From the NCBI GenBank assembly GCA_963664435.2, contig CAXXKM010000002.1, forward strand, positions 320,001 through 384,000: 64,000 nt of DNA, read 5' to 3'. The first letter of the stretch is position 1. Each line of letters opens with the position of its first letter. Both the position numbers and the translations under genes were made by a program. The notes below the pieces were generated by a model that did no database searches, was not told the DNA's origin, and worked only from the letters and a program-made list of their open reading frames with translations. The DNA is from Longimicrobiales bacterium (GTDB lineage: Bacteria > Gemmatimonadota > Gemmatimonadetes > Longimicrobiales > Gaopeijiaceae). Positions 40,604 to 49,519 of this stretch are shown here, in pieces.

Positions 40604-42202
40604 CTAGCGGCCTGCCCGCCGGAGCACGCGTCCCGCGCGCTCGCCGGTGAAGGCCCCGTCACGGATCGCCGCCGTGCCGTTGACGAAAACGTGCACCATA
40701 CCCTGCGACAATTGGTGCGGGTCCGTGTAGGTGGCGAGATCCCGGACCTCCTCCAGGTCGAAGACCACGATGTCCGCGACGGCCCCCATGACGAGCCTCC
40801 CCCGGCCTTCGAGACCGAAGACGTCCGCGGGAAGCCTTGTCATGCTTCGGATTGCCGCCTTGAGGCTTACGGTGCCCTTCTCCACCACGTACCTGCGCAG
40901 CTTGCGCGGGAAGGTGCCGTAGGCGCGCGGATGCGGCACGCCCACCTGCCACTCCGGAAGCGCGCCGTCGGACGCGGTCATCGTCCAGGACTGGACCATG
41001 AAGGCGGCGATGTCGTCGTCGTCCATGTTGAAGGAAACCACCGAAGCGCCTCCCTCGCCGATCAGCTCCAGCGCCGCGTCCAGCGGATGGAGGGAACGCG
41101 CCTGCGCCACATCCTCCAGGGTGCGGCCCTCGATGGAGGGATCCGGGCGGAAGCGGCGGAACTGGAGGCGATCGGCTCCTCCGCGACGCGCGAGATTGGC
41201 TTCCATTTCCCCGCGGATGCGATCCCGCGTCGCGGGATCGCCGAGGCGAGCCATCAGCGAGTCCCCTCCCCCCGCCTGCGCCCATCGTGGAAGGAGCGCC
41301 GCGGAGAGCCCCGTCGAGGAGGCCTCGTACGGGTACTGGTCCGCGTACACTTCGACGCCTTCCGCCCTGGCTGCCTCGATGGCGGCGATCACCTCCGCCG
41401 ACCTGCCCCACACCGGCGGCCCGAGCGCCTTGATGTGGGTGACCACCCCCGGCAGTCCCGCAGAGCGCGCCACCGCGATCACCTCCTCCACCGCCGCGAC
41501 CAGGCCGATGGTGTAATCCGACTCGTCGCGGATGTGGCTGGCATAGACCCCGCCGAACTCCGCCGCGACTTCGGCCAGAGCCACCAGCTCGCGGGTGTCC
41601 GAATAGCTGCCGGGTGCGTAGAAGGGCCCGGACGACATCCCGAAGGCTCCTTCCTCCATGCCCGCCCGCACCAGCTCCCTCATGCGCTCCAGTTCCCCGG
41701 GTCCGGGCAGCCGGTCCTCCATCCCGAGCACCGCCCGGCGCACCGATCCGTGCGGCACCAGCTGCGCCACGTTGACGCCGAGCCCGTGTTCGAGCAGAAG
41801 CGCCCTCTGTTCGGCCAGGTCCACCGGCCCGCCGCCGTCGGGGTTCACCACCACCGTCGTGATTCCCTGCGCCAGCAGGGGCTCGGCGTGGCTGCGGTCC
41901 TCCGTGTCCAGCCCGGAGCCCGCGTGCGAATGAACATCGATGAAGCCCGGAGCGATGTGGAGCCCGGTGATGTCCAGAGTGTCGTCCGCATGATAGCCGG
42001 AGAGATCGCCCATCGCCGCGATCCGGTCTCCGGCCAGGGCCACGTCCGTGACGAACGCGGGTTCGTCGCCCGCAGCCTGCTGGATACCGCCGCGCAGGAT
42101 GACGTCGAACTCCGGGGCGCCGCCGGAGGAGCACGCGCTCACGGTCAACGCCAGGAGCAGGGTCAGCAGACGGCGGCGCGGAGCGTCAACAGCAGTTTCC
42201 AT
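40604..42202 (-). CDS. N-acyl-D-amino-acid deacylase family lipoprotein
   Basis: Lipobox-like VSAC, PGFIDVHSH, SHIRDE, DQYPY, HPRAYGTFPR. Confidence 0.9.
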   Translation of the reverse strand: METAVDAPRRRLLTLLLALTVSACSSGGAPEFDVILRGGIQQAAGDEPAFVTDVALAGDRIAAMGDLSGYHADDTLDITGLHIAPGFIDVHSHAGSGLDTEDRSHAEPLLAQGITTVVVNPDGGGPVDLAEQRALLLEHGLGVNVAQLVPHGSVRRAVLGMEDRLPGPGELERMRELVRAGMEEGAFGMSSGPFYAPGSYSDTRELVALAEVAAEFGGVYASHIRDESDYTIGLVAAVEEVIAVARSAGLPGVVTHIKALGPPVWGRSAEVIAAIEAARAEGVEVYADQYPYEASSTGLSAALLPRWAQAGGGDSLMARLGDPATRDRIRGEMEANLARRGGADRLQFRRFRPDPSIEGRTLEDVAQARSLHPLDAALELIGEGGASVVSFNMDDDDIAAFMVQSWTMTASDGALPEWQVGVPHPRAYGTFPRKLRRYVVEKGTVSLKAAIRSMTRLPADVFGLEGRGRLVMGAVADIVVFDLEEVRDLATYTDPHQLSQGMVHVFVNGTAAIRDGAFTGERAGRVLRRAGR

Positions 42203-42325
42203 CTCCAGATTCCTTGTCAGCAGTCGGCGTTGGCGGACGGCGCCGGTTGCGCGTTCACGGCATGCGCGTCCCCGGGCGACGCAAGCGGCGTGTCCGGGGA
42301 GCGACCCGCGAAGCCGCACCTCGGG

Positions 42326-44149
42326 TCAGTTGCGAGGCGCCGCCGCGCTCCCTTCCCAGTCCGGGTCCGCGGCGCCCGTCCAGGAGGAGGTCGCGGCATC
42401 GTAGGACATCCCGTGGATGCGTCCGAACGCGCCAGCGCGCGGCACCTCCTGCACCGCGAAGCCCAACTGGCGCAGCTCCGCGATGACATCCGGCGACCAG
42501 CCGATCTCCGGAGATGTCTCCATCTGGAATCCGCTCTCGGAGCCCGGGGAGTTCAGCGATCCCTGCATCGGGTGAAGGCGCGCGGCGGCCAGCGCCTCGG
42601 GAAGCGGGAGCCCCTGATCGACGACGCGGCACACCGCCTGCACGACGGCCGAGACGATGCGTGCGCCCCCGGCCGCCCCCAGCACCAGCATGGGGTCTCC
42701 GCCGTCCATGACCATGAACGGGGAGATGTTGGAACGAGCGCGCTCACCCGGCTCGAGGCGGCCCAGATACCCGCCCAGGGTCGCCGCGTAGAGGAAGCCC
42801 AGCCCCGGCGTGGCGATCTTCGAGCCCATCGCCGGCCCGATGGTCTGGGTGAGCGCGACGGCCATGCCGTCGGCATCCGCGGTCGAAAGGTGCGTGGTGT
42901 GCCCCTGGTCGTCGGGGCCGGCGATGTAGGTAGCCGCGGGCCGGGCGCCGGCCGGCATCACCGCGCGGTCCGCCGTGAGCCAGGCGGCCGTTCGCTCGTC
43001 CCCGCCCCCCGGCTCCGGTTGCGCGTGCTCGATGAGCGGCCAGGGTGCGCGGTTGAACTCCGGGGAGCTTCGGGGCGCGGGCGCGGGCTCCGGCACCATG
43101 GCCGCCACCGCCACGGGCAGCCGGACGCGTTCGGCCTGCTCGCGCGCCCATTCCCGCGACGTGAGCAGCTGCCACGCGTCCGGTCCGCGATGGGTTCGAG
43201 CCGCCTCGAAGCCGAGCGCGAGCGCCTGGCCCACCACCGAGGCCCACGTCGCCTCGTCGGCCCCCGCCATGTCGAAGTTCTCGATGATCTGCAGGATGCC
43301 GATGGTCATGGCCCCGGCGGCGGGAGTGAACGTCCCCACCAGCTCGTGGCCGCGGTAGCTGCCCCGCACCACCCGGGCATCCTCGGCGCGGTAGCCGGCG
43401 AGCGCGGCAGCCGTGACGTGTCCGCCCGCGCCCAGGATGTCGTCGGCCATGGCTTTCGCGATCTCGCCCCGGTAGAAGGCGTCGGCGCCTCCGGAAGCGA
43501 TGCGGCGCAGCACCCTCGCCAGATCGTTCTGCTCAAAGTGGTCGCCCGCATCGTACGGCGAACCGTCCGGTTCGAGGTAGTAGAGGGTCGCGCCCTCGGA
43601 TTCCCGCAGTTGCTCCGCCGTCGACGCCTGGCGGGCGGCTTCTCCCGGCAGCAGCGCGAAGCCTTCGGAGGCGTAGCGAATGGCCGGCTCCATCACGGTG
43701 GCCAACGGAAGCGTGCCGTGCTCGGCGAGGAGGCGGGTGAGCCCCGCGACGGCTCCCGGCAATCCCACGGTGGGATACCCGTAACCGGCCTGGGGGGCCG
43801 TGTCGGGATCGTAGGTGTCCGGCGCCTGGGTGGTGGCGTCGATCCCGTGGAAGGTCCCTTCCGCGGTTCGCACCAGAATCTGGGTGCGCCCGCCGATCGA
43901 GTTCATGCTCGGCTCCACCACCGATACCGCGAACGCTGCAGCCACCGCGGCATCGGCTGCGTTGCCGCCCCGCTCGAGCATTTCGACGCCCGCCGCGGTC
44001 GCCAGCGGCTGGGCCGCGACCACCATTCCGCGGCTCGACCGCGCCACCTGGTCGGTGGTGGGCTCGACGCGCGTCGGCGCGGTCCCGCCACACCCCCACA
44101 GCAGAACCAGCGAAAAGGCAAGACAGCGAGAGGAGCGCGATACCCTCAT
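42326..44149 (-). CDS. ggt: Gamma-glutamyltransferase family lipoprotein
   Basis: GGNAADAAVA, HTTHLS nucleophile, LGAAGGARI; lipobox-like LWGC. Confidence 0.9.
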   Translation of the reverse strand: MRVSRSSRCLAFSLVLLWGCGGTAPTRVEPTTDQVARSSRGMVVAAQPLATAAGVEMLERGGNAADAAVAAAFAVSVVEPSMNSIGGRTQILVRTAEGTFHGIDATTQAPDTYDPDTAPQAGYGYPTVGLPGAVAGLTRLLAEHGTLPLATVMEPAIRYASEGFALLPGEAARQASTAEQLRESEGATLYYLEPDGSPYDAGDHFEQNDLARVLRRIASGGADAFYRGEIAKAMADDILGAGGHVTAAALAGYRAEDARVVRGSYRGHELVGTFTPAAGAMTIGILQIIENFDMAGADEATWASVVGQALALGFEAARTHRGPDAWQLLTSREWAREQAERVRLPVAVAAMVPEPAPAPRSSPEFNRAPWPLIEHAQPEPGGGDERTAAWLTADRAVMPAGARPAATYIAGPDDQGHTTHLSTADADGMAVALTQTIGPAMGSKIATPGLGFLYAATLGGYLGRLEPGERARSNISPFMVMDGGDPMLVLGAAGGARIVSAVVQAVCRVVDQGLPLPEALAAARLHPMQGSLNSPGSESGFQMETSPEIGWSPDVIAELRQLGFAVQEVPRAGAFGRIHGMSYDAATSSWTGAADPDWEGSAAAPRN

Positions 44150-44242
44150 GAAACCTCCCGTCCCACGCAAAGCCGAGGAATTGCCGTCACGGCCCAAACG
44201 CGGTGCGGACCCTCTGGTCCGCAGGTTCCGCGTCCCCGGATG

Positions 44243-44518
44243 TCAGCCCACCTGGAGGTATCCGTGCTCTGCAAGCAGCGCTCTCAGCCGCGGCTCGCGG
44301 TCAGGAAGACGCGTGCGGCTGACCTGGCGAGCGAGCGCGATCCGGTCCACTTCCGAGACGCGGTCCAGGATCGCGATGGGCGTCCCATACCGCAGCAGGA
44401 TGCGCTTGGCGTCCACGGCTACGGAATCGATCATCTTCTCATGGGGCGCGGATTCAGGCACGCTCACCTCCAAATCGTCCAGGACTTCGAAATCGGCTGA
44501 CCGAAACAACCGTGCCAT
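44243..44518 (-). CDS. Small hypothetical protein
   Basis: Coding-like frame MARLFRSADFEVLDDL... filling the gap between two same-strand genes. Confidence 0.6.
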   Translation of the reverse strand: MARLFRSADFEVLDDLEVSVPESAPHEKMIDSVAVDAKRILLRYGTPIAILDRVSEVDRIALARQVSRTRLPDREPRLRALLAEHGYLQVG

Positions 44519-44582
44519 GAAACAACGGCACAGAATGATAAAGATATGTTTCCCCGCCGTTTTCGCCAAGCTCGGTGCCGCC

Positions 44583-45230
44583 TCAGCCACTCCCCAGCAT
44601 GAGCCCCGCGGTCCAGAACAGATCGTGCTGCGTGGTCTCCACGTCGTTGTCGCCGAAGATCGGGCTGATGTAATCGGAGAGCTCGGTCACGACGCGCAGC
44701 GGGCCCATTCGCACCTCGATGCCCGCGCCGAGCAGCATGGTCCTGCGGGTCTGATCGTGCAGGGGCGACCGGTGCAGCTCGTCCAGCGACTCCAGGTCGT
44801 AGTGCTTCACGCCCCCGCCACCCAGCAGGTAGGGCTGGACGGGAACGCCGCTGGGAAGCGGGCGGAAGACGAGGGCCGCCGTGGCGTTGAGGAGGTTGTT
44901 GCGGGCCTCGCACTCCGAACACATGCCCTCCTGGACGGAGAGGTCCGCGCTCGTGGCGTACGCCAGCGTCGCGCGCGCCGAGACCGGTCCCGAAACGGCG
45001 AGTTCCAGCCCGAGGGAGTAGGCGAAGCTCCGTTCGCGCTCGCCGAACCTGACCGCCTGTCCGAAACCGGCGTCTGGCAGAAGCCCCAGATCCTCGGTGG
45101 GCACGTAGTATCCGGCCTGGAAGATCAGGAAGCCCCCCTGGGCTCTCGCGCTCTCCGGCGCGACCCCGGTGGAGAGGCATCCCGCAAACAGCACCAGCGC
45201 CGTGGCCTTCGATCTGTATCCGATTCTCAT
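44583..45230 (-). CDS. Outer-membrane beta-barrel (8-stranded type) protein
   Basis: Signal peptide, alternating beta-strands, QPYLLGGGG; GGAGG SD. Confidence 0.72.
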   Translation of the reverse strand: MRIGYRSKATALVLFAGCLSTGVAPESARAQGGFLIFQAGYYVPTEDLGLLPDAGFGQAVRFGERERSFAYSLGLELAVSGPVSARATLAYATSADLSVQEGMCSECEARNNLLNATAALVFRPLPSGVPVQPYLLGGGGVKHYDLESLDELHRSPLHDQTRRTMLLGAGIEVRMGPLRVVTELSDYISPIFGDNDVETTQHDLFWTAGLMLGSG

Positions 45231-45370
45231 GTACGCATCCCTCCGGGTTGGTCAGAACTGGTTTCGGATGGCCCCCTCGGCCGGCCGCTCCCCGGACGCG
45301 GGAAGGTGCTCCGGCAGTGCGGGAAAGGACAGGTTAGATTGTGGCCCCGCTCACGCAACAACAACCCGCG

Positions 45371-46087
45371 ATGGCACACTCCTCCCGCTTCTCCACCTCC
45401 GTCGAGGATTACCTGAAGGCGATCTTCGCCCTCACGGAGCACGACGATACCGCCACCACGAGCGATATCGCCAGCGCCGTCGGCGTACAGCCCGCCTCGG
45501 TCAGCGGAATGATGAAGCGCCTGGCCGACCTCGGGGTTGTGGAGCATGAGCCCTACCGGGGCGTCAGCCTCACGTCCAGCGGCCGCCGGGAAGCGCTCCG
45601 CGTCGTTCGTCGCCACCGCATCATCGAAACCTACCTCAGCGTGCGCCTGGGCTACTCCTGGGAAGATGTGCACGACGAAGCCGAGCGGCTGGAGCACGCC
45701 GCCTCCGACCAGCTCATCGAGCGCATGGCCGATGCGCTCAAGAACCCGCGCCAGGATCCGCACGGCGCGCCCATCCCGACCTCCGGCGGAGAGATCGACT
45801 CAACCAGCTACCCCACGCTGGCGGACTCCCGGGCCACAGGCCCGATCCGGATCCGCGCGGTGCGCGACGATGAGCCGGAGCGGCTGCGCTATCTGGAAGC
45901 CAGGGGGCTCCTGCCGGGAGTGATTCTGGCCGTGGAGGAGAGGGCTCCGTTCAACGGCCCGGTAACGGTGCGCCTGGGCGGGCCCGACGGCGCCAGCCAG
46001 GCCATCGGCTTCGACCTGGCGCGCTGCATCTTCATCGATCAGGAGCCGGCACGGCTGCCCACGGACGAATCCGCGCGAGCCATCTGA
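45371..46087 (+). CDS. DtxR/MntR family metal-dependent regulator with FeoA-like C-terminal domain
   Basis: EDYLKAIF, PASVSGMMKRL, RRHRIIE, HDEAERLEH, DPHGAPIP. Confidence 0.94.
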   Translation: MAHSSRFSTSVEDYLKAIFALTEHDDTATTSDIASAVGVQPASVSGMMKRLADLGVVEHEPYRGVSLTSSGRREALRVVRRHRIIETYLSVRLGYSWEDVHDEAERLEHAASDQLIERMADALKNPRQDPHGAPIPTSGGEIDSTSYPTLADSRATGPIRIRAVRDDEPERLRYLEARGLLPGVILAVEERAPFNGPVTVRLGGPDGASQAIGFDLARCIFIDQEPARLPTDESARAI

Positions 46088-46092
46088 TGCTG

Positions 46093-47184
46093 TCAGGGCA
46101 CCACCAGGGCCTTCGTGACTCGTAGCGCGGCCACATCCTCGAGCGCCTGCTGCGTGCGCTCCAGGGGATAGCGCGCCCCGATCACCTCGGCGAAGGGCAG
46201 GCGTTCGCGGTGCCGGGACAGCAGCCGCAGGGCCCGCACCAGATGATGGAAGTCGGTCCCCCACTGGCCCCGCACCTCCACGTGCTTGCGGTTGATGTCG
46301 GTGTGGGGATTGATGTCGACGGGACCGGCGTCGGTGTAGTGTCCCGCTACGACGTAGCGGCCCCCGTCGCGGGCGAGCGCGAACCCCTCGGGGATGGCGG
46401 CCGGGTTGCCGCTGGCCTCGATGACCAGGTCGGCTCCCCGCCCGCCGGTGCGGGCCATAACCGCGTCGAGGCGCTCCTCGGGGGTGGTGTCCGACAGCGA
46501 AAGCGTGACCCCCGCTCCCATGCGCGCCCCGAGCGCCAGGCGGGCGGCCGGGTCGCCGATGAGCACGACCTCGGCCGCGCCGGAGAGATCGGCGAACGCG
46601 GCCGCGGCCAGTCCTACGGGACCAGCCCCCTGCACCACCACCACATCCCCCATGCGCGCCTCGGCGCGATCCACCGCCGCAAAGCCGGTGAAGAGCCCGC
46701 ACCCGCCCCCGATCACGTCGTCCGGGGCCAGGTTGGCCGGCAGCCTGAGGATGCGCACGCCCGGCTTCAGGTAGATGCGCTCCGCCCACCCCCCCAGCAG
46801 CCCGTCCGCAAGGGTGTAGGTGATGCCGTACACCTTGCGCGCGGAGCACCGGTTGGGCTGACGCGCCACCAGGCAGTGGTAGCAGCGGTAGCAGGTCTCG
46901 TGCACGTCGAGGAAGGTCACGACGTCGCCGGGCGTCAGCGGCCGGCCGACCGCGTCGTGCCCCACCCCGCGCGACTCCGCGACCCTGCCCACGCTCACGT
47001 GGCCCGGGATGATCGGATAGGGCACCCCGGCCAGCCGCCCGTGCCAGAGGTGCACGTCGGTCCCGCACACCTCGCTGGCGAGGGTTTCCAGCAGAACGCC
47101 GCCGGGCTCGATCTCCGGGTCGGGGATCGTCCGGACCACCATCGGCTCACGGGGCCCGGTCATGACGGCTGCGCGGACGGGCAT
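46093..47184 (-). CDS. Zinc-binding medium-chain alcohol dehydrogenase
   Basis: CGTDVH, GHV, CYRCYHC...C, GAGPVG. Confidence 0.93.
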   Translation of the reverse strand: MPVRAAVMTGPREPMVVRTIPDPEIEPGGVLLETLASEVCGTDVHLWHGRLAGVPYPIIPGHVSVGRVAESRGVGHDAVGRPLTPGDVVTFLDVHETCYRCYHCLVARQPNRCSARKVYGITYTLADGLLGGWAERIYLKPGVRILRLPANLAPDDVIGGGCGLFTGFAAVDRAEARMGDVVVVQGAGPVGLAAAAFADLSGAAEVVLIGDPAARLALGARMGAGVTLSLSDTTPEERLDAVMARTGGRGADLVIEASGNPAAIPEGFALARDGGRYVVAGHYTDAGPVDINPHTDINRKHVEVRGQWGTDFHHLVRALRLLSRHRERLPFAEVIGARYPLERTQQALEDVAALRVTKALVVP

Positions 47185-47185
47185 G
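47151..47185. repeat. 35-bp direct repeat, copy 1 (5' end of the intact dehydrogenase gene)
   Basis: GGGGCCCGGTCATGACGGCTGCGCGGACGGGCATG, identical to 48600-48634. Confidence 0.95.
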
Positions 47186-47189
47186 GTTG

Positions 47190-47969
47190 CTACGCGATCC
47201 GTCGCTCCAGCTTGCGCCGAAGGTCCTCACTCGATCCTAATGACGAAACCAGATCACCTCCAACATCCGAGAGCCTGGCCAAGTCCATTCGAGGTATTTC
47301 GGCCAAGTTGTTGAAGACGAGGATCGAGTCGAAATCCAAGTGGTGTCGGTGGAAGTGGGACAGCATGATCGTGGTAAGACGCGCCTTGTCCCGGTTGGGA
47401 ACGCCATACAGGAACACTTGACTTCCGTTCCTGCCTTCCATGCGGTAATCCACCGGATAGGCTTCGGCGTTGGGGATGTCGGGAAGCAGATGATCTTGCT
47501 GAACTCGCGTTTCGTCGGCGATCTGGAGAATGAGATCGGCGAGATCGCCGTAGAACGTGGAGGCGGTTCGGGAACGCGAGTGTAGCGTTAGATCGTACAC
47601 CCGCGTCAAAGCCCGCCCGAAGCGAAACACCGCATCCGGAAGACGATCCGTTCTAGCATCCAGATGGAATACCCATCCTGTTCGCTCTATTCCTTCCTCG
47701 TCCAAGATGCGCTCGACGAGCAACCCTCGGCTTCCGCGCAGAAAGGCATCGATGTCGTGGTCGTAGCTGATACGCATTACGGTGTGGCCGTTGTCGGACA
47801 GCCGGACGCCACCCGGCACGCCGGACACGTGAATCGGATAGCGATCTCCGTCCGGAAATTCGAATCCGGTGCGGATCATCAATTCCCCGTCGGGACGCTC
47901 CACAAGGCGCACGTCCGCACAGAACTGCTCGCAGAGCCGTTTCTGCAGAGACTCAGGATTCAGAGCCAT
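47190..47969 (-). CDS. DUF1828-family protein (N-terminal DUF1828 plus possible nuclease-like C-terminal domain)
   Basis: IRTGFEFPDGD...VRLSDNGHT...FGRALTRVYDL; C-terminal YPVDYRMEG...VFLYGV. Confidence 0.75.
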   Translation of the reverse strand: MALNPESLQKRLCEQFCADVRLVERPDGELMIRTGFEFPDGDRYPIHVSGVPGGVRLSDNGHTVMRISYDHDIDAFLRGSRGLLVERILDEEGIERTGWVFHLDARTDRLPDAVFRFGRALTRVYDLTLHSRSRTASTFYGDLADLILQIADETRVQQDHLLPDIPNAEAYPVDYRMEGRNGSQVFLYGVPNRDKARLTTIMLSHFHRHHLDFDSILVFNNLAEIPRMDLARLSDVGGDLVSSLGSSEDLRRKLERRIA

Positions 47970-48447
47970 CGAATAAACTCGGATGATCTGGTGTCGCGCT
48001 TATCCCAGAGAGGTGGAAGTCGTCGATCATGCAGGCCAGCGCTCCTTCGAGGGTCTCGTACCGATTGGTCACTTCCGCAGCGGATTCAGGCTTCCGGCCC
48101 CCCCTGATGGCCGTTTCGGTAGCGCGGTGAATGTGAGGGCTGTGATTGATGTTTCCATGCTCGTGGCTGGGCCCGTTGTAGCGGGCGAGCACGAGTCGAG
48201 AACCGCCAGAAGACAGGTAGACGATTCCGCACGAGTAGTCTGCCGCGTCAAGCAGGTTCTGTCGCTCGTAGATCAGAAAGCGTGTTTCCACGTCCTCCTT
48301 GGACGATGCCCTGGCCTTGAAGGTTCGCTGCTTGTGGGTGGGACTCTCGGTTGGCTTCTCGGACCAGCGGGCTCCCGGGTTCGTCACCCGCTTGGCGAGC
48401 ATCCGCAGCTCCGAGAGTTGCTCGTCGGTGTAGAGCCGGGTGGTCAT
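47953..48447 (-). CDS. DUF6978-like hypothetical protein with a His-rich motif
   Basis: LARYNGPSHEHG...PHIHRATE; overlaps the DUF1828 gene start. Confidence 0.65.
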   Translation of the reverse strand: MTTRLYTDEQLSELRMLAKRVTNPGARWSEKPTESPTHKQRTFKARASSKEDVETRFLIYERQNLLDAADYSCGIVYLSSGGSRLVLARYNGPSHEHGNINHSPHIHRATETAIRGGRKPESAAEVTNRYETLEGALACMIDDFHLSGISATPDHPSLFDGSES

Positions 48448-48456
48448 GAGCAATAC

Positions 48457-48633
48457 TCAGCGATCCAGAACGGCAGCGTCAAGGCTGTGGGGTTCATCCG
48501 TGCCTCGGTCGGCGTCCCAAGCGGCTCGAGTCGGGAGGCAAGTCGGATGTCTTAAGCATTCGTCCAGTTTCTCGCAGCCGGCGCGCGAAGATGCCTCATG
48601 GGGCCCGGTCATGACGGCTGCGCGGACGGGCAT
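48457..48633 (-). pseudogene. Orphan 5' stub of the dehydrogenase gene fused to foreign sequence (58 codons)
   Basis: Starts MPVRAAVMTGP, as does 46093..47184; GAGGAG upstream at 48645-48650; stops at 48457. Confidence 0.6.
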
Positions 48634-48634
48634 G
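48600..48634. repeat. 35-bp direct repeat, copy 2
   Basis: Identical to 47151-47185. Confidence 0.95.
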
Positions 48635-48779
48635 AGTCAGGTCACTCCTCGAGGTTCGGGGTTGTTCCAACGGGTTGCGGTGGTGAACGGCGGCCTGGCG
48701 CATCCTCATCTCATCGGGACCTCCGCAGGACATCGGCGTCAACCCTCACGATTTCGACACGGTGATCGAGCAAGACGTG

Positions 48780-49442
48780 ATGTGGAGTCGAATCCATTCT
48801 TCGAGTATCGGGCGACCATGATGGCTTACGTTGACGAACTGCGGCACATGCTCGCCCGCACCAGCTGGTGGGCCGCGCCGCGCACCTGGGTCCTAAGAGA
48901 TCCGGACCTGATCCGGGCGCGCAAGACCCCGTTCGAGTATTCGGCCGGCGTTCTCGCGAATCTGGCGCCGGGCGGCCTCTACCTGCTCCGCACCCACTTG
49001 ATGTTTGACCTGCTTCGCCGAGATTCCGGTGCTGGGCGCGTCTGGATTCTGTCGCAGGCCCCGCAGGAGCACCGCACGAAGAAGGAATCTGGATTCCAGC
49101 TCCGCGATGTCTGACGCGACCAATGAGGAGCTCATGGCTCAGGTGTTGAAGGGCCTCGACGAGCCTTCGGTGGATGAAGAACTGCTCACCGTGGCAACGG
49201 ACAGCCTGGACAGCAACGACCGACGAGCACTGATCCGCGCAATCCCGGTTGACGCCAACCCGAACTTCTTCCGCCACCTCGTCGGCGACGAACCCGAAAC
49301 GTACGCCGTACTCTTACGCCGCCAAGCAGCAAAAGAGGCCCATCTGGCTCCTCTCCGATGGCCGCATTCCGCCGGGCGCGAAGCCCTGGCTCGAGAGGCC
49401 ATCAAGCACGGATACTCTCGACGCGACGTTGACGGCTGTTAA
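48780..49442 (+). pseudogene. Degraded fragments of a larger gene (two overlapping frames, about 48818-49114 and 49107-49442)
   Basis: Helical protein-like text (FFRHLVGDEPETYAVLL...HLAPL...AIKHGYS) with frame breaks, on the opposite strand to all neighbours. Confidence 0.4.
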
Positions 49443-49519
49443 CGGTCGCAATGGTTCGAGCTCGCCGCGGCGGGGCCGGTCGAAGAGTCTGCGATGTCCC
49501 CCTCAGTCGACGGTGGCGA

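Noticed and set aside
40691..44500. 1269-aa plus-strand ORF and similar long ORFs (7370..9055, 17994..20462, 25190..27769, 38451..40607, 56490..59471)
   Set aside because: Antisense shadows of well-supported genes in high-GC DNA; the translations have no family motifs.
45231..45370. DtxR/MntR operator between the regulator and the divergent beta-barrel gene
   Set aside because: No convincing palindrome; TTAGATT is better explained as a -10 element.
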